A stretch of DNA of 64,000 nt, taken from contig CAXXLV010000002.1 of NCBI GenBank assembly GCA_963664305.2, forward strand, positions 64,001-128,000. The letters are read 5' to 3'. The position numbers and the translations under genes were made by a program. The DNA is from an uncultured Aliarcobacter sp. (GTDB lineage Bacteria > Campylobacterota > Campylobacteria > Campylobacterales > Arcobacteraceae). Below are positions 10,778-21,999 of the stretch, piece after piece; the first letter of the stretch is position 1; each line of letters starts with the position of its first letter. The notes under the pieces were generated by a model. That model worked only from the letters and a program-made list of their open reading frames with translations, made no database searches and was not told where the DNA came from.

Positions 10778-11398
10778 ATGAATTGTATAAATTTTAATAA
10801 TGAAAAGATCAATCCATCAAAAATAATATGTGTCGGAAGAAATTTTGTTGATCATATTACTGAATTGAACAATGAAATACCAGAAAATATGGTAATCTTT
10901 AATAAACCCAATTCTTCAATTTCTCAAGATCTATTTTATTTTTCTGAGGATACTCGATTTGAAGGAGAACTTTGCTTTTTAGTTGTAAATAAAAAAATAA
11001 CAGGTATAGGTTTTGGACTTGATTTAACTAAAGCAAATATACAAAATAAAATGAAAGAAAAGGGATTACCATGGGAAAGAGCAAAGTCGTTTAATGGTTC
11101 TGCTGTTTTTAGCAACTTCATTGAATTTGATGGTGATATGAAAAATTTAACATTTAAACTTTTTATAAATGAAAAACTTCAACAAGAAGGCAATTATGAA
11201 CTGATGATTTATAAACCTGAAATAATGGTTGAAGAAATTGAAACGTTTATGAGTATAGAAGATGGTGATATTATTATGAGTGGTACTCCTAAAGGAGTAG
11301 GAACTTATAAAGTTAATGATACCTTTAAATCTGTAATATATTATAAAGAAGAAATTTTAATAGAACATATTTGGGATGTAAAAAATAACAATAGTTAA
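10778..11398 (+). CDS. Island-borne full-length FAH-family protein (paralogue of the disrupted host gene)
   Basis: KIICVGRNFVDH, FNKPNSS, FEGEL, GLDLT, KGLPWERAKSF, GDIIMSGTPKGVG. Confidence 0.93.
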   Translation: MNCINFNNEKINPSKIICVGRNFVDHITELNNEIPENMVIFNKPNSSISQDLFYFSEDTRFEGELCFLVVNKKITGIGFGLDLTKANIQNKMKEKGLPWERAKSFNGSAVFSNFIEFDGDMKNLTFKLFINEKLQQEGNYELMIYKPEIMVEEIETFMSIEDGDIIMSGTPKGVGTYKVNDTFKSVIYYKEEILIEHIWDVKNNNS

Positions 11399-11484
11399 TT
11401 AGAAGTCATAAAATTACATTATTTAAATTAAACAGTTAATTAGAGTTTAATATTTTTTAAATAAAAGAAATTAGTCTATATTTT

Positions 11485-12590
11485 GAGACCGTTAAATATT
11501 CCGTGTCAAAGTAATTCTGATAGGAGAAATCCTATCACACATGAACTTAAATTTTAAGTTCACTATCCAGTCTACCCTCGAAAAATATTGCCAGTTGTGA
11601 AAGTGTTAAACTCCAATTCCATACTGGCATTGTCCATTTTTTCTCAGCATTTTTTATTCCCATAAAAAGCAATTTTAGCAAAGAATTATCATTTGGAAAT
11701 GCACCTTTAGTCTTAGTTAGTTTCCTAAATTGTCTATGTACTGATTCAATTAAATTTGTTGTATTTGTAAGATTTAATTTCTTGTGATTTTTATAGATAA
11801 AAAGATATGGCAAATTATTTCTAATACTACGATAAGCAGCTACAAGTTTTTTTGAGTAAAAAAATATTTTTGACTATCTGGATGAAGAGTAATTTCATTA
11901 AGGAAATCTTTATATTTGATATACCAAATATCTAATGCTTTTATAAATCTACTCTCATCACTATATTTCAATCTAGTCACAATTTTCTTTAACTCTTGGC
12001 TAGCTTCTAGTTTTAGATGTAATGTTATATATCTTTGAATAATACGTTTCTGGTAAAAATGACTCATTTGTACAGGATAATCTTTAAATACGTTAGATAC
12101 CCCTCTTTTACCATCTATTGTTACAGATAAAATTGTATATCCTAGATTCAATAGTTCTATTAATAAATATTTATAATCATCTAATCTTTCTGTTTGTATA
12201 TGTTTCCAAATTAGAATCTCATGGGGGGAAGGCTGTCCATAAAAACTAAAGTACCTAACTTATCTTTTCTTTTACTATAGAAGGTTGTATCACATATTAA
12301 ATTTACTGGTCTTGGATTATGTACTTTTTCAATAGGAAGATATTCTTTAATTTTATAATGAACCCATTGTATAGATTTATTATATTTATCTGCTAAGTTT
12401 TGTAAAGATTGTCTATGATAAACATATTCTTTGAAAAGATGATTTTCTAGTTTTTCTGGTCATCTTTTTGATTGAAATTTTTACCACAATTATTACATTG
12501 ATAACGTTGAATTTCTTTTCTTTTACCAATCTTTTTTGTGTTTTTAGATAAACATTTTGGACATATTTAAGTGTTTTTTTACAGACATCT
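11485..12590 (-). mobile_element. Decayed, chimeric IS256-family remnant
   Basis: IS256-like end gagaccgttaaatattccgtgtcaa at 11485; classical IS256 C-terminus [23 protein letters not shown]; upstream broken transposase with CPKC...YQCNNC zinc finger and DTTF / TIDGKRG DDE segments, several stops and frameshifts. Confidence 0.8.
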
Positions 12591-12737
12591 GTAAATAATC
12601 CTTTTTAACTAACGATAGTACCGAAGTTTACTTAACTTTTTAGACCCTTTTTTAATTAATCCTTTTTTTATATTAACAGGAATAGATAATTATCTATATA
12701 GATGAAATGCCATTTTAAATAATAAACAAAATTTAAT

Positions 12738-12974
12738 CTATTTAACTAATATTTCAATATCAACATCTAAAATTTTTGAAATTTTATATAAATGTTCAAG
12801 ATTAAAATGCTTTTTATTTTTATATAGTTCAGCTGCAGATACTAGACTTACAGATTTATAATTCATTTCATAACTTAATTGTAATTGAGTTATACCTTTT
12901 ACTTCTCTATATTTCTTGACATTTTTACCAATTTTTATATAAAACTCTTCAATTTCATTTTTGGAAAAATTCAT
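12738..12974 (-). CDS. XRE-family HTH regulator
   Basis: IGKNVKKYREVKGITQLQLS...NLEHLYKISKILDV. Confidence 0.85.
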   Translation of the reverse strand: MNFSKNEIEEFYIKIGKNVKKYREVKGITQLQLSYEMNYKSVSLVSAAELYKNKKHFNLEHLYKISKILDVDIEILVK

Positions 12975-12980
12975 TTAAAC

Positions 12981-13041
12981 CTACTATAGTAATTTATTTT
13001 AAGTTTATTTGTTATAGAATTTTTCTTCAAACTACTATAGT
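12981..13041. promoter_or_regulatory. Two copies of ctactatagt (palindromic core actatagt) between divergent genes; putative operators
   Basis: Identical 10-mers at 12981-12990 and 13032-13041. Confidence 0.55.
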
Positions 13042-13052
13042 GGGTTAAAAGA

Positions 13053-13667
13053 ATGGAAGAGATTTATAAAGCAGAATTTTTAGAAATACAATTAAAAATT
13101 TTAAAAGATACTATAAAAGATTTAGAAAAAATTTTATATTCCAATATACATAAAAATTCAAATACATATAAAGAACTTAAATTATATATTAATTCACTGA
13201 TTCAAGAAAAATATATTTATGAAAGAGAATTAAATTCCTCAAAAGAATTTTATTTAGAAAAATCAATTTCAACAATTAAAGTAAAGACTAAAATATTAGA
13301 TAATTTATTTAATATAAAAAAAACTTTTAAATGTCGTTCTATATCAGATACACTTGAACTACTTTTAGAGTTTTATATGGATGATAAATATTATGATCAA
13401 TTAAATGAAATTATGGAATGTGTTATTCCAAGTAAATTAGAAAGAAATTTAAATAAATCTTTTTTTTATATATGTAAATGTGAAAATATAGATTGTAAAG
13501 TAATTTACTTTATTGATGATGTAATAATTAAAAATGATACTAAATATTTAGACTTGAGAAAATTTAAATCATTTAAAAAATCAAATTTTGAAGAATATTT
13601 ATTTTCACCAAATCTTAATTTAGATGATTTGGATAATTTCTATAAAATACTTGCTGATTCATTTTGA
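13053..13667 (+). CDS. Hypothetical protein
   Basis: 204-aa ORF divergent from the XRE gene; no recognised family. Confidence 0.55.
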   Translation: MEEIYKAEFLEIQLKILKDTIKDLEKILYSNIHKNSNTYKELKLYINSLIQEKYIYERELNSSKEFYLEKSISTIKVKTKILDNLFNIKKTFKCRSISDTLELLLEFYMDDKYYDQLNEIMECVIPSKLERNLNKSFFYICKCENIDCKVIYFIDDVIIKNDTKYLDLRKFKSFKKSNFEEYLFSPNLNLDDLDNFYKILADSF

Positions 13668-13894
13668 TTTTATTTTGTTGACAATACAACATTCAATTAA
13701 AATGATTAAATATAATAAAATGAAGTGTTTTTTTATAAAAAACAAACTTTTTATTTTAATTAGATTTATAAGCTTATTTTTTTATTCCATAATCCCTTAA
13801 GGTTTGTTGAACTTTGCATTTTTTATTTTTTGAACACTTTTTGGAACATGGAAAATGCATTAATATAGTATATGTTATATATCCTAGAGGTTTT

Positions 13895-13941
13895 GGATAA
13901 AGCTGTTCAGAATTTTGTATCTTATTTCTTGTTGCCAGATC
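13895..13941 (+). repeat. 47-bp motif, copy 1 of 3 (others 29639-29685, 30887-30933)
   Basis: ggataaagctgttcagaattttgtat...ccagatc aligns without gaps to the other two copies. Confidence 0.6.
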
Positions 13942-14025
13942 ACAAATCTATATTTTATATATTTCAATTTAGTTCTCTTCAGCTGGTTCTACTTGAAATA
14001 ATTTTGGTATAAGTTCATTATACAT

Positions 14026-14317
14026 TATTTAAATTATTTCCTACATTTAAATTTAATGTATCATTTGCTCTTACATTTACACCTACAAAGTTTGCATCAT
14101 TTATCTCAATAATACTAATTTTCCTTTTGAAATATTTCATCAAATTTATTTTGATTATCTTTTATCAAAGTTCTAAATTCTGTATTATTTTCCAATTTAT
14201 TATAAACTTCTTGTTTTGACAAACCCATATTTTTTAGAATAATTATTTTCTCTTCTATTGTTCCATAATTATATTTGTACTTTTCTTCTTCTGACTGGAA
14301 AACTGATTTTTGTTGAA
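14026..14317. repeat. ~290-bp direct repeat of 21882-22173 (immunity-gene 3' end plus start of next stalk)
   Basis: Near-identical DNA at offset 7856. Confidence 0.9.
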
Positions 14318-14609
14318 AAATTACTTTTGAGTTATTTGATTCATTTTTATCAACATTCTTGAAATATTTAAACTGAAATTTAAATATAAAAATTAATAAT
14401 AAAAATTGAATAATAAAAAAAATTGTAAAAAACTTTTCATTATTAAAAAATTTTCTTTCAAAAATAAAAATTATTGCAGAAAAAATTACATAGAAAAAAA
14501 CTAATACATAAATATTTATTTGATACATTTTAGCTATATATGAAAATAAAGCTATTCCTATTAAAAATATAAATATCACTAACAAATAATAAAATATTTC
14601 TTTAATCAT
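14115..14609 (-). CDS. Putative immunity membrane protein (paralogue of 21971-22471)
   Basis: About 3 TM segments; C-terminus KYKYNYGTIEEKIIILKNMGLSK...FQKEN shared with paralogue; overlaps upstream tip stop. Confidence 0.65.
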   Translation of the reverse strand: MIKEIFYYLLVIFIFLIGIALFSYIAKMYQINIYVLVFFYVIFSAIIFIFERKFFNNEKFFTIFFIIQFLLLIFIFKFQFKYFKNVDKNESNNSKVIFQQKSVFQSEEEKYKYNYGTIEEKIIILKNMGLSKQEVYNKLENNTEFRTLIKDNQNKFDEIFQKEN

Positions 14610-14931
14610 TTGACAATACTCCTTCGATTATTTCTCTTGGCTTCTGTGTTGCAATTTGTTCAATAATAATTGGTGTTACAATTGTTCCAACTCTTTTTTT
14701 TATTTCAGAATCTATACTTGATAATTTTTCTTCAAATTTTAATCTTTTAGTATTACTAGTTAAATTTGGATTGTTAATTTGATTTAAAATTGTATTTCTC
14801 GCCGATATTCTTTCTTTTAATTCTTTTATACCATCATATTTTGTATCAGAAAAAGAACCTATTGTACTTGCAATCATTGTTTCATTTAAATTAATTTTTT
14901 CTAAATCTATCTTATTATAAATTTCACTCAA
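14602..14931 (-). pseudogene. Orphan toxin-tip fragment homologous to the tip of 22461-25004
   Basis: ERISARNTILNQI...KPREII versus DRVKARNTVQNQL...EPKEIV. Confidence 0.6.
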
Positions 14932-15188
14932 AGTTTCAGCAGGATTATTATTTTCTGTTCCTCTATCAGTTGCTTGATATTGGTTTTTTTGGGTAAAAAT
15001 ATTTCCATTTGTATTATATCAAATGCTCCACCTGCAAGCAAAGTATCTATCGCAAATCCCGAACTAGCATTTTAATAAACTCTTGAACTCTTACATCATT
15101 ATTATCTAAATTATCTAATTATATTTCTTTTAGAAGGTAACTTTTAAAACAATTTAACTGCCTATTTTTTCACTTTCTTTAACATTTA

Positions 15189-15485
15189 TTACTTCCCTTC
15201 AATTTTATTGTTTTGGAAGACTTCTTTTTCTTTGTCCGTTAATGGAATAAAAAGTTTCTGATCAAATTCCTGTTTAGGCATATTTTTTAAATTTGTTGCT
15301 TCTTCATATTTATCTACTATCCAATAAAGTGTAAAAACAACAATAAATCCAAATAATAAATTCTTTATATCTTTTTTTATTATAGAGAATACATATGATT
15401 TACTTTTCGTTTTGTTATATGATTGTATCCAAGTGTATAAATAAAAACCAATAATTAAAGACCATATAATAATTAATTTAATCAT
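15189..15485 (-). CDS. Putative immunity membrane protein
   Basis: Two TM segments; likely start MIKLIIIW at 15485, immediately after a tip-remnant stop. Confidence 0.55.
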   Translation of the reverse strand: MIKLIIIWSLIIGFYLYTWIQSYNKTKSKSYVFSIIKKDIKNLLFGFIVVFTLYWIVDKYEEATNLKNMPKQEFDQKLFIPLTDKEKEVFQNNKIEGK

Positions 15486-15486
15486 T

Positions 15487-15633
15487 TTATTTTTCTTCTT
15501 CGATGAAAATAAAGTTTGCACCTTCTGTTATACCATATGTTGCACCTTGAAATTTTATATGATTCCACTGATTTTGGATATGAGCATCAATTCTAGGTTA
15601 TGGTTTATCTATTTTTGATTGAGTTTGTGCCAT
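15487..15633 (-). pseudogene. Remnant toxin tip with internal stop
   Basis: AQTQSKIDKP*PRIDAHIQNQWNHIKFQG resembles ATAITKINKLDNRIDAHTNNIIDNVVTQG of 15911-17020. Confidence 0.55.
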
Positions 15634-15651
15634 TTTTTTTGTAATTTTGAA

Positions 15652-15924
15652 TTACTTTTTATTAAAAATATTCTTTATATTATCAAAAACAAATTTCTTA
15701 GAAGGTGGATAATTTAAAATAAAAGCAATTACTATTAGGATACAACTTAAAATCCATTTAGCATAATCGCTAAAATATATAGATATTAAACCTGTAATTC
15801 CACCTAATAAAACTATATATACGGAATATACTAGCCCTTCCTTAAGTCCATTTTTTCGACTAAAATAAATTATTCCTATGACTATTAATATAATTCCAAT
15901 TACAATATTACTATTCATTTTCAT
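15652..15924 (-). CDS. Putative immunity membrane protein
   Basis: About 3 TM segments in 90 aa; overlaps the end of the upstream cassette. Confidence 0.6.
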   Translation of the reverse strand: MKMNSNIVIGIILIVIGIIYFSRKNGLKEGLVYSVYIVLLGGITGLISIYFSDYAKWILSCILIVIAFILNYPPSKKFVFDNIKNIFNKK

Positions 15925-17977
15925 TTCCTACTTTTTTTTCATCTAATTCTTTCACAATAATTTTTCCTCCTGCTATCATTCCTTGTGTTACTACATTATC
16001 TATTATATTATTTGTATGTGCATCAATTCTATTATCCAACTTATTAATTTTTGTTATAGCTGTTGCTGTCTCTTTTTGTTTTTTCAAACTAACTATTGCT
16101 TTAGAAGAATTATATACACTTTTAGCAGCTCCTAAACCACTTGGTGCAACTGCACCAATAGCTGTCATCATTCCAACATCAAACCAATCAACTTCAACTT
16201 CATCGACATTTATATTTTTTGGTTGCCAACCTTTATCATTTAATTGACCAACAACTTGAGGTACTGTTTGCATTCCAAACTCTATACCTCCACCAACTGA
16301 CATACCTATTATAACTGGTATTACAAAAACTGGTAAATCATCCCCATTACTCTTATCCAAAGAAGCAAATTCGTTATTGTTATTTACCAACCAACTATTA
16401 TCTTTATTAAATATTGAAGGTTCTGTTGTAACTATTCCTGTATTATGATTATTAGTATCTGATAAGTAACTATTAAAGAGATTATTCAATATAAAACTCA
16501 TATCATTTACTGTATCTTGTGCTATTGCATTTTGATATTCATTGTGTACATCTCTATTTTGTGTTATATCTATACCATTTGCATTTTGTATTGCTCCTGC
16601 AAATTCCTGTCCAAGTGTATATATTGTATCTTTTGTTGAATCTTGATTTTTATCATTTGAATAAATTGTATCATTTTCAAGTGAGATATACCCTTTTACT
16701 TGTGTACTATTTACTCCTGTTTCATCTGTTGATATTACTTTTACACCATTTGCTAAAGAGTAACCTAATTCATTTTCTAAAGCTTTTAACATTTGGTTTG
16801 CATATATTTGTTTTTCTTCAAGTGATAAATTAGAATCTTGTAGTTTTTCAGCTAATTGAGGATTTTCCATTAAAAGTTTTTTATATGCGTTATATTGATC
16901 TACACTTTGTCCTGTTTGTTTAAAGAAATCTTGAATTCCTACATCATCCAATGTTGCTATTTTTTCAACTGTATCTATTATCTTTGAAGCTATTTTTGCA
17001 TCTTCTTTTATTTGATTCAATCCATTTACAGTTAAAATCTAGTATCTAAAGTTGCATCTACTTTTGTTCCTGTTGAGCTTGAATATAAATCTTTATTTAT
17101 ATTTTGTGTATCTGTATTTAATTTTGTTAAATCATCACTATTCTCTTTATCTTTTATAGTTATATTCCCTTGACCTAATGTTGCTAATGTTTTACTTACA
17201 TTTACATCTAATCCTGTTGATGAGTTATATCCTACTGAAGATATTCCACCTTGTTGTGGTTCTTCTTTTTGATTTACTATTTTTGTACTACTTAAATTAT
17301 AATTTAGATTTAAACCTAAACTTTGATTTGAAGAGAAAGAAGAGTTTGACAAGTTTGAAAAAGTTAAAGTATTTGTTGATAAATTTAGATTTTTATTATC
17401 TACAAAGTTTTCATTCTCATTATAATTTCCACTTGCTAACAAAGAACCTTTTAGATTAGTATTTTCACCAACATTTACATTTAGATTATTTGCAGTAACT
17501 GAACTCAACACTGTTTGTTTTGTTTGTGTTACTCCATTATTTACACTAAATCCTCCATTTACAGAACTTACTTTTCCTACATCTAAACTTGGTGTTCTAT
17601 TTGCTGCTGCTCCTGCACTTCCAAATCCTAGTCCTGCATTTACATTAAATCCTTTTGAATTTGAAGAATATTCATCTCTTAGGGATTCTATATTTAAATT
17701 ATTTCCTACATTTAAATTTAATGTATCATTTGCTCTTACATTTGCACCTACAAAGTTTGCATCATTTGAAACATTTATATTCATATTATTTGCTAATAAT
17801 TGTGAGTTGTTATTTATTATAGTATCACTTGAAGAATTACTTTTTCCATAACCCAACCCAGCGGTTCCACCACCACCTCCATACATTGTAAATGCTATAC
17901 TTCCATTTATATTTTCACTATCATTTGTATTTGAGTAATTATCTTGACTTGCTTTTACATTTAAGTTATTTGTATTT
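15911..17977 (-). pseudogene. Haemagglutinin-repeat C-terminal cassette, split by a 1-bp deletion near 17037
   Basis: ORFs 17032-17886 and 15911-17020 join as DTRLLTVNGLNQIKED if one base is restored, as in sibling copies; 17038-17977 is near-identical to 23925-24864. Confidence 0.85.
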
Positions 17978-18008
17978 TATTGATTTTAGATTCAGACTCA
18001 ATTTTTAT

Positions 18009-18452
18009 CTATTTCACTTTTAGATAATCATATTTATTTGGATTATTCAACAAATTTGGATTAATCTCTTTTGTGTAACTTTGAGGTTCTTTTTTTGGGA
18101 AACCTCCATTAATGTCTTTAATTATGAGGTATGTTAAGCCTAAAATTGATGCTATTAACATACATAATGATATTAACAATACAAATTTATTTTGTCCTTT
18201 TCCAAAGTTACATTTATTTTTCCACATTATGAACATTAATAATAATCGTCCCTCTGCAATTGATAAAAAAATTAATAATGCATATTTATATTCATTATTA
18301 AAATTAAAAATAATTATATATATAAAATAGTTTAAGATAAGGGAAGGTACTATACATAGTATGGAACCTATAAATAATTTAAAATTTTTATTAATATCTG
18401 TATAGTTCAAGATTAATCGTTCATACCACTTCCATAATTTACTTAGACTCAT
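18009..18452 (-). CDS. Putative immunity membrane protein
   Basis: About 3 TM segments; overlaps the end of 18439-19860. Confidence 0.6.
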   Translation of the reverse strand: MSLSKLWKWYERLILNYTDINKNFKLFIGSILCIVPSLILNYFIYIIIFNFNNEYKYALLIFLSIAEGRLLLMFIMWKNKCNFGKGQNKFVLLISLCMLIASILGLTYLIIKDINGGFPKKEPQSYTKEINPNLLNNPNKYDYLKVK

Positions 18453-19860
18453 ATTTTATATCTCCTACTTTTATAAGATTTAAATTTAATCCACTATTCT
18501 CTATTGTCCATATCGGTCTAGGTTTTATTATATTATTTCGATTAAATATTTTTATATCTTTTATATTATTATTTTCATAAGATGGTAAATCATTTGATAT
18601 ATTTACTATTTCATCACTATTTGCACTATCTCTTTGTATCTCCAATATTTTTGCATTTGTATTAAATGTATTTATACTTTGCACTAAATTATAATAACTT
18701 AATCCTGCTCCTAATTTTTGATATATTACTTTATTAGTTGGTAATCCCAATAATGCTGGAATATAAGTATTCTGTGCGGCACTAAAAGTATCATCATGTG
18801 TTTCATTTGAAATATTCCTAACCGTATCAACTCCCCAAGCAACACCTGAAACTATTGGACTTGGTACTAATCCAGCTGTTGTTAAGGCTGCACTATTAAA
18901 TACATTTGTATTTTGTTCTCCTAAACTTGAAGGTTGATATTGTGTATCTTCATAATTATTTACATCCATCATTCGAACTAATTTTCCTGTTTGCAAATCT
19001 ACATAATAGTTATTTTTTGCATCTTCTTGTATTTGTTGTTTTATTTCATTTATTACAAACAACACTTCATCTTTTATATTTTGATTTTCTGCTTTTTTTA
19101 ATACTTCATCTAATTTTTTCTGTCCATATTCATCAATCATAGCATTTTGAGTTAATTCATACAAATAATTTATATTTTCCAAAGAAAGATTTGAACTATT
19201 TTGAGCAAGAGCTTCTTTCAAATCATTCGCATTTTGTGTAAATAATAATGCTTTTTCTTCTATTGATAATTGTCTATCATCAATTCTTCCTTCACCACTA
19301 TTTAGCTTACTTGCATCTTGAAGATACAAACTTGTATTTGCTTTTAATGTATTTAAATCTTGATTTGTTACAACAATTTTATTCAATATAGGATTACTAT
19401 TTAATTGAACATTATTATACACGTAAGAAGAAAAATCTAATCCACTTGCTGAGTAATTACCAAATATATTCGCATATTCTTCTTGTAATTGTGTTGTATC
19501 TCTTAAGTAAGTTTCTCCTTGATTTTGTCTTACATGAGCTACTTCATGTCCTAAAGTGTTTGCAGAACTTAGAGCATTTTGATTTAGGATTTTATCAAGG
19601 TAGATATTTGAATTTATATTATCTTCATTTGTATATGTTGAACCATATTTATTTAATATCGCCATTTTTACTATATCTATATTTACTCCATAAGTACTTG
19701 CATATATTTGTGCATAATCATTTATTGCTGTATCTATTTGTGTTTGTGAATAATTAAATTGATTCTCTATAATATCTACAGTTTTTCCATCATTTTTTAG
19801 AGCTAGGGCTTTTTGTACATCTAAATCTATTGAAAATGGAGCTGTAACTGCCCTTTTCAA
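18439..19860 (-). CDS. Orphan C-terminal cassette (HExxH domain plus variable tip)
   Basis: DLDVQKALALK and LGHEVAHVRQ...EGRIDD shared with 22461-25004; 19277-19586 near-identical to 23233-23542; unique sequence after DD. Confidence 0.8.
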   Translation of the reverse strand: MKRAVTAPFSIDLDVQKALALKNDGKTVDIIENQFNYSQTQIDTAINDYAQIYASTYGVNIDIVKMAILNKYGSTYTNEDNINSNIYLDKILNQNALSSANTLGHEVAHVRQNQGETYLRDTTQLQEEYANIFGNYSASGLDFSSYVYNNVQLNSNPILNKIVVTNQDLNTLKANTSLYLQDASKLNSGEGRIDDRQLSIEEKALLFTQNANDLKEALAQNSSNLSLENINYLYELTQNAMIDEYGQKKLDEVLKKAENQNIKDEVLFVINEIKQQIQEDAKNNYYVDLQTGKLVRMMDVNNYEDTQYQPSSLGEQNTNVFNSAALTTAGLVPSPIVSGVAWGVDTVRNISNETHDDTFSAAQNTYIPALLGLPTNKVIYQKLGAGLSYYNLVQSINTFNTNAKILEIQRDSANSDEIVNISNDLPSYENNNIKDIKIFNRNNIIKPRPIWTIENSGLNLNLIKVGDIKYESK

Positions 19861-20111
19861 AAATTGTCATTTTTATTATTTCCCTTATCTTTTTTATAAC
19901 TTTTATAAATAGAAATACCTTGAACAATAGCTACTATAGAACCTCCAACAATAATTAATATCCCCATCATAATATTGGATATTTCATCTGTTCCCCATTT
20001 TGTATAAGAAGGGTCTAAAATTGTTACAATACCCATAAATATTGCAATAATAGCAGTTAAAAATGTACTATTAATTTTTGATAATAAACTATTTCTCATT
20101 ATTTTTCTCAT
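19857..20111 (-). CDS. Putative immunity membrane protein
   Basis: Two TM segments, 84 aa; overlaps the upstream cassette end. Confidence 0.6.
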   Translation of the reverse strand: MRKIMRNSLLSKINSTFLTAIIAIFMGIVTILDPSYTKWGTDEISNIMMGILIIVGGSIVAIVQGISIYKSYKKDKGNNKNDNF

Positions 20112-21999
20112 TTTCCATTAATTTATTATTCCCATATCCTAACCAGCCCCATTTAGATGTAGGTATTGTGTCAAAATTCTGCCCAGAATAAATATCATAG
20201 GAGTTGGCTATAGGTTTTGGAAGCCAACCAGTTGCTCCATATTCAACAATTGTCATTGCAGGTCTAATAGTTAAATTTCTAGCCCACTCTGGCATATTAT
20301 TATAAGCAGTTGAAATATCTTGTGATATATCATCTCTTTTTAAATAAACTGTACTTACATTATTTCCAAACTGATTAATCACTTCTCCTGATTTATTTAT
20401 TACTTTTATCATTGGTTGATTCATATTTTTATCTATTTCTCCTTCTATTTCTCTATGTATATCATTTTCATTTGTTGGTGTATTAAGATAACTTTGTATT
20501 GCTAATACAGCCGGGATTATTAAAAGAGGACTATCATCCCCACCAGACTTATCAAGTGAAGAAAATTGTACATTATTTCTATTTAGCAGATTATTACTAA
20601 TATTAAATACACTTGGTACTGATGTTACTATCCCTTGATTATGTGTATTTGTATCAGCTAAACTTCCACCAGTAATAATACTTAATGCTCCATTTGTATA
20701 AAAGGCTAAATCTTCTCCAAAGTTTGTTGCATATATATTTTGGTCTTTATCATTTGACACAAATATTTTATCTTGTTTATCCATATCATGACTTATTTCA
20801 TGTCCCAAAGATGCTATCAATTGTGTTGTCGAGTCATTATATTTATCATTTACATAACTAGTATTAGTTTTATCATCAAAGTATCCTTTTACTTGTGTAT
20901 TATTTACTCCTGTTTCATCTGTATAAATTAATTTTACATCATTTGACACATATCCTAATTCTTGCATTACTGTTAGGGCTAATTCTTTTAACATATTTTG
21001 TTTATCTGTTGGGTTTAAATCTGAGTTTTGTAATTGTTTAGCTAATTCTTCATCATTTGCTATTTTTGCTTTAACACCATTATATACATCTATATTTTTT
21101 TGAGTTTCACTAAAAAAATCAGTTAATCCTACTTTATCATTAGTTACTATTTGTTCTATTGCGTTTGTTATTGCCGTTGCTGTATTATAATCATCTTTTA
21201 TTTGATTCAATCCATTTACACTTAAAAGTCTTGTATCCAAGGTTGCATCTACTTTCGTTCCTGTTGAGCTTGAGTATAAATCTTTATTTATATTTTGTGT
21301 ATCTGTATTTAATTTTGTTAAATCATCACTATTCTCTTTATCTTTTATAGTTATATTCCCTTGACCTAATGTTGCTAATGTTTTACTTACATTTACATCT
21401 AATCCTGTTGATGAGTTATATCCTACTGAAGATATTCCACCTTGTTGTGGTTCTTCTTTTTGATTTACTATTTTTGTACTACTTAAATTATAATTTAGAT
21501 TTAAACCTAAACTTTGATTTGAAGAGAAAGAAGAGTTTGACAAGTTTGAAAAAGTTAAAGTATTTGTTGATAAATTTAGATTTTTATTATCTACAAAGTT
21601 TTCATTCTCATTATAATTTCCACTTGCTAACAAAGAACCTTTTAGATTAGTATTTTCACCAACATTTACATTTAGATTATTTGCAGTAAGAGAACTCAAC
21701 ACTGTTTGTTTTGTTTGTGTTACTCCATTATTTACACTAAATCCTCCATTTACAGAACTTACTTTTCCTACATCTAAACTTGGTGTTCTATTTGCTGCTG
21801 CTCCTGCACTTCCAAATCCTAGTCCTGCATTTACATTAGATCCTTTTGAATTTGAAGAATATTCATCTCTTAGGGATTCTATATTTAAATTATTTCCTAC
21901 ATTTAAATTTAATGTATCATTTGCTCTTACATTTGCACCTACAAAGTTTGCATCATTTATCTCAATAATACTAATTTTCCTTTTGAAATATTTCATCAA
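20089..21999 (-). CDS. Orphan haemagglutinin-repeat C-terminal cassette
   Basis: Stalk DANFVGANV...ATLDTRLL shared with siblings; LGHEISH; KSGGDD boundary; unique tip; true homology begins at about 21958. Confidence 0.82.
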   Translation of the reverse strand: MMKYFKRKISIIEINDANFVGANVRANDTLNLNVGNNLNIESLRDEYSSNSKGSNVNAGLGFGSAGAAANRTPSLDVGKVSSVNGGFSVNNGVTQTKQTVLSSLTANNLNVNVGENTNLKGSLLASGNYNENENFVDNKNLNLSTNTLTFSNLSNSSFSSNQSLGLNLNYNLSSTKIVNQKEEPQQGGISSVGYNSSTGLDVNVSKTLATLGQGNITIKDKENSDDLTKLNTDTQNINKDLYSSSTGTKVDATLDTRLLSVNGLNQIKDDYNTATAITNAIEQIVTNDKVGLTDFFSETQKNIDVYNGVKAKIANDEELAKQLQNSDLNPTDKQNMLKELALTVMQELGYVSNDVKLIYTDETGVNNTQVKGYFDDKTNTSYVNDKYNDSTTQLIASLGHEISHDMDKQDKIFVSNDKDQNIYATNFGEDLAFYTNGALSIITGGSLADTNTHNQGIVTSVPSVFNISNNLLNRNNVQFSSLDKSGGDDSPLLIIPAVLAIQSYLNTPTNENDIHREIEGEIDKNMNQPMIKVINKSGEVINQFGNNVSTVYLKRDDISQDISTAYNNMPEWARNLTIRPAMTIVEYGATGWLPKPIANSYDIYSGQNFDTIPTSKWGWLGYGNNKLMENEKNNEK

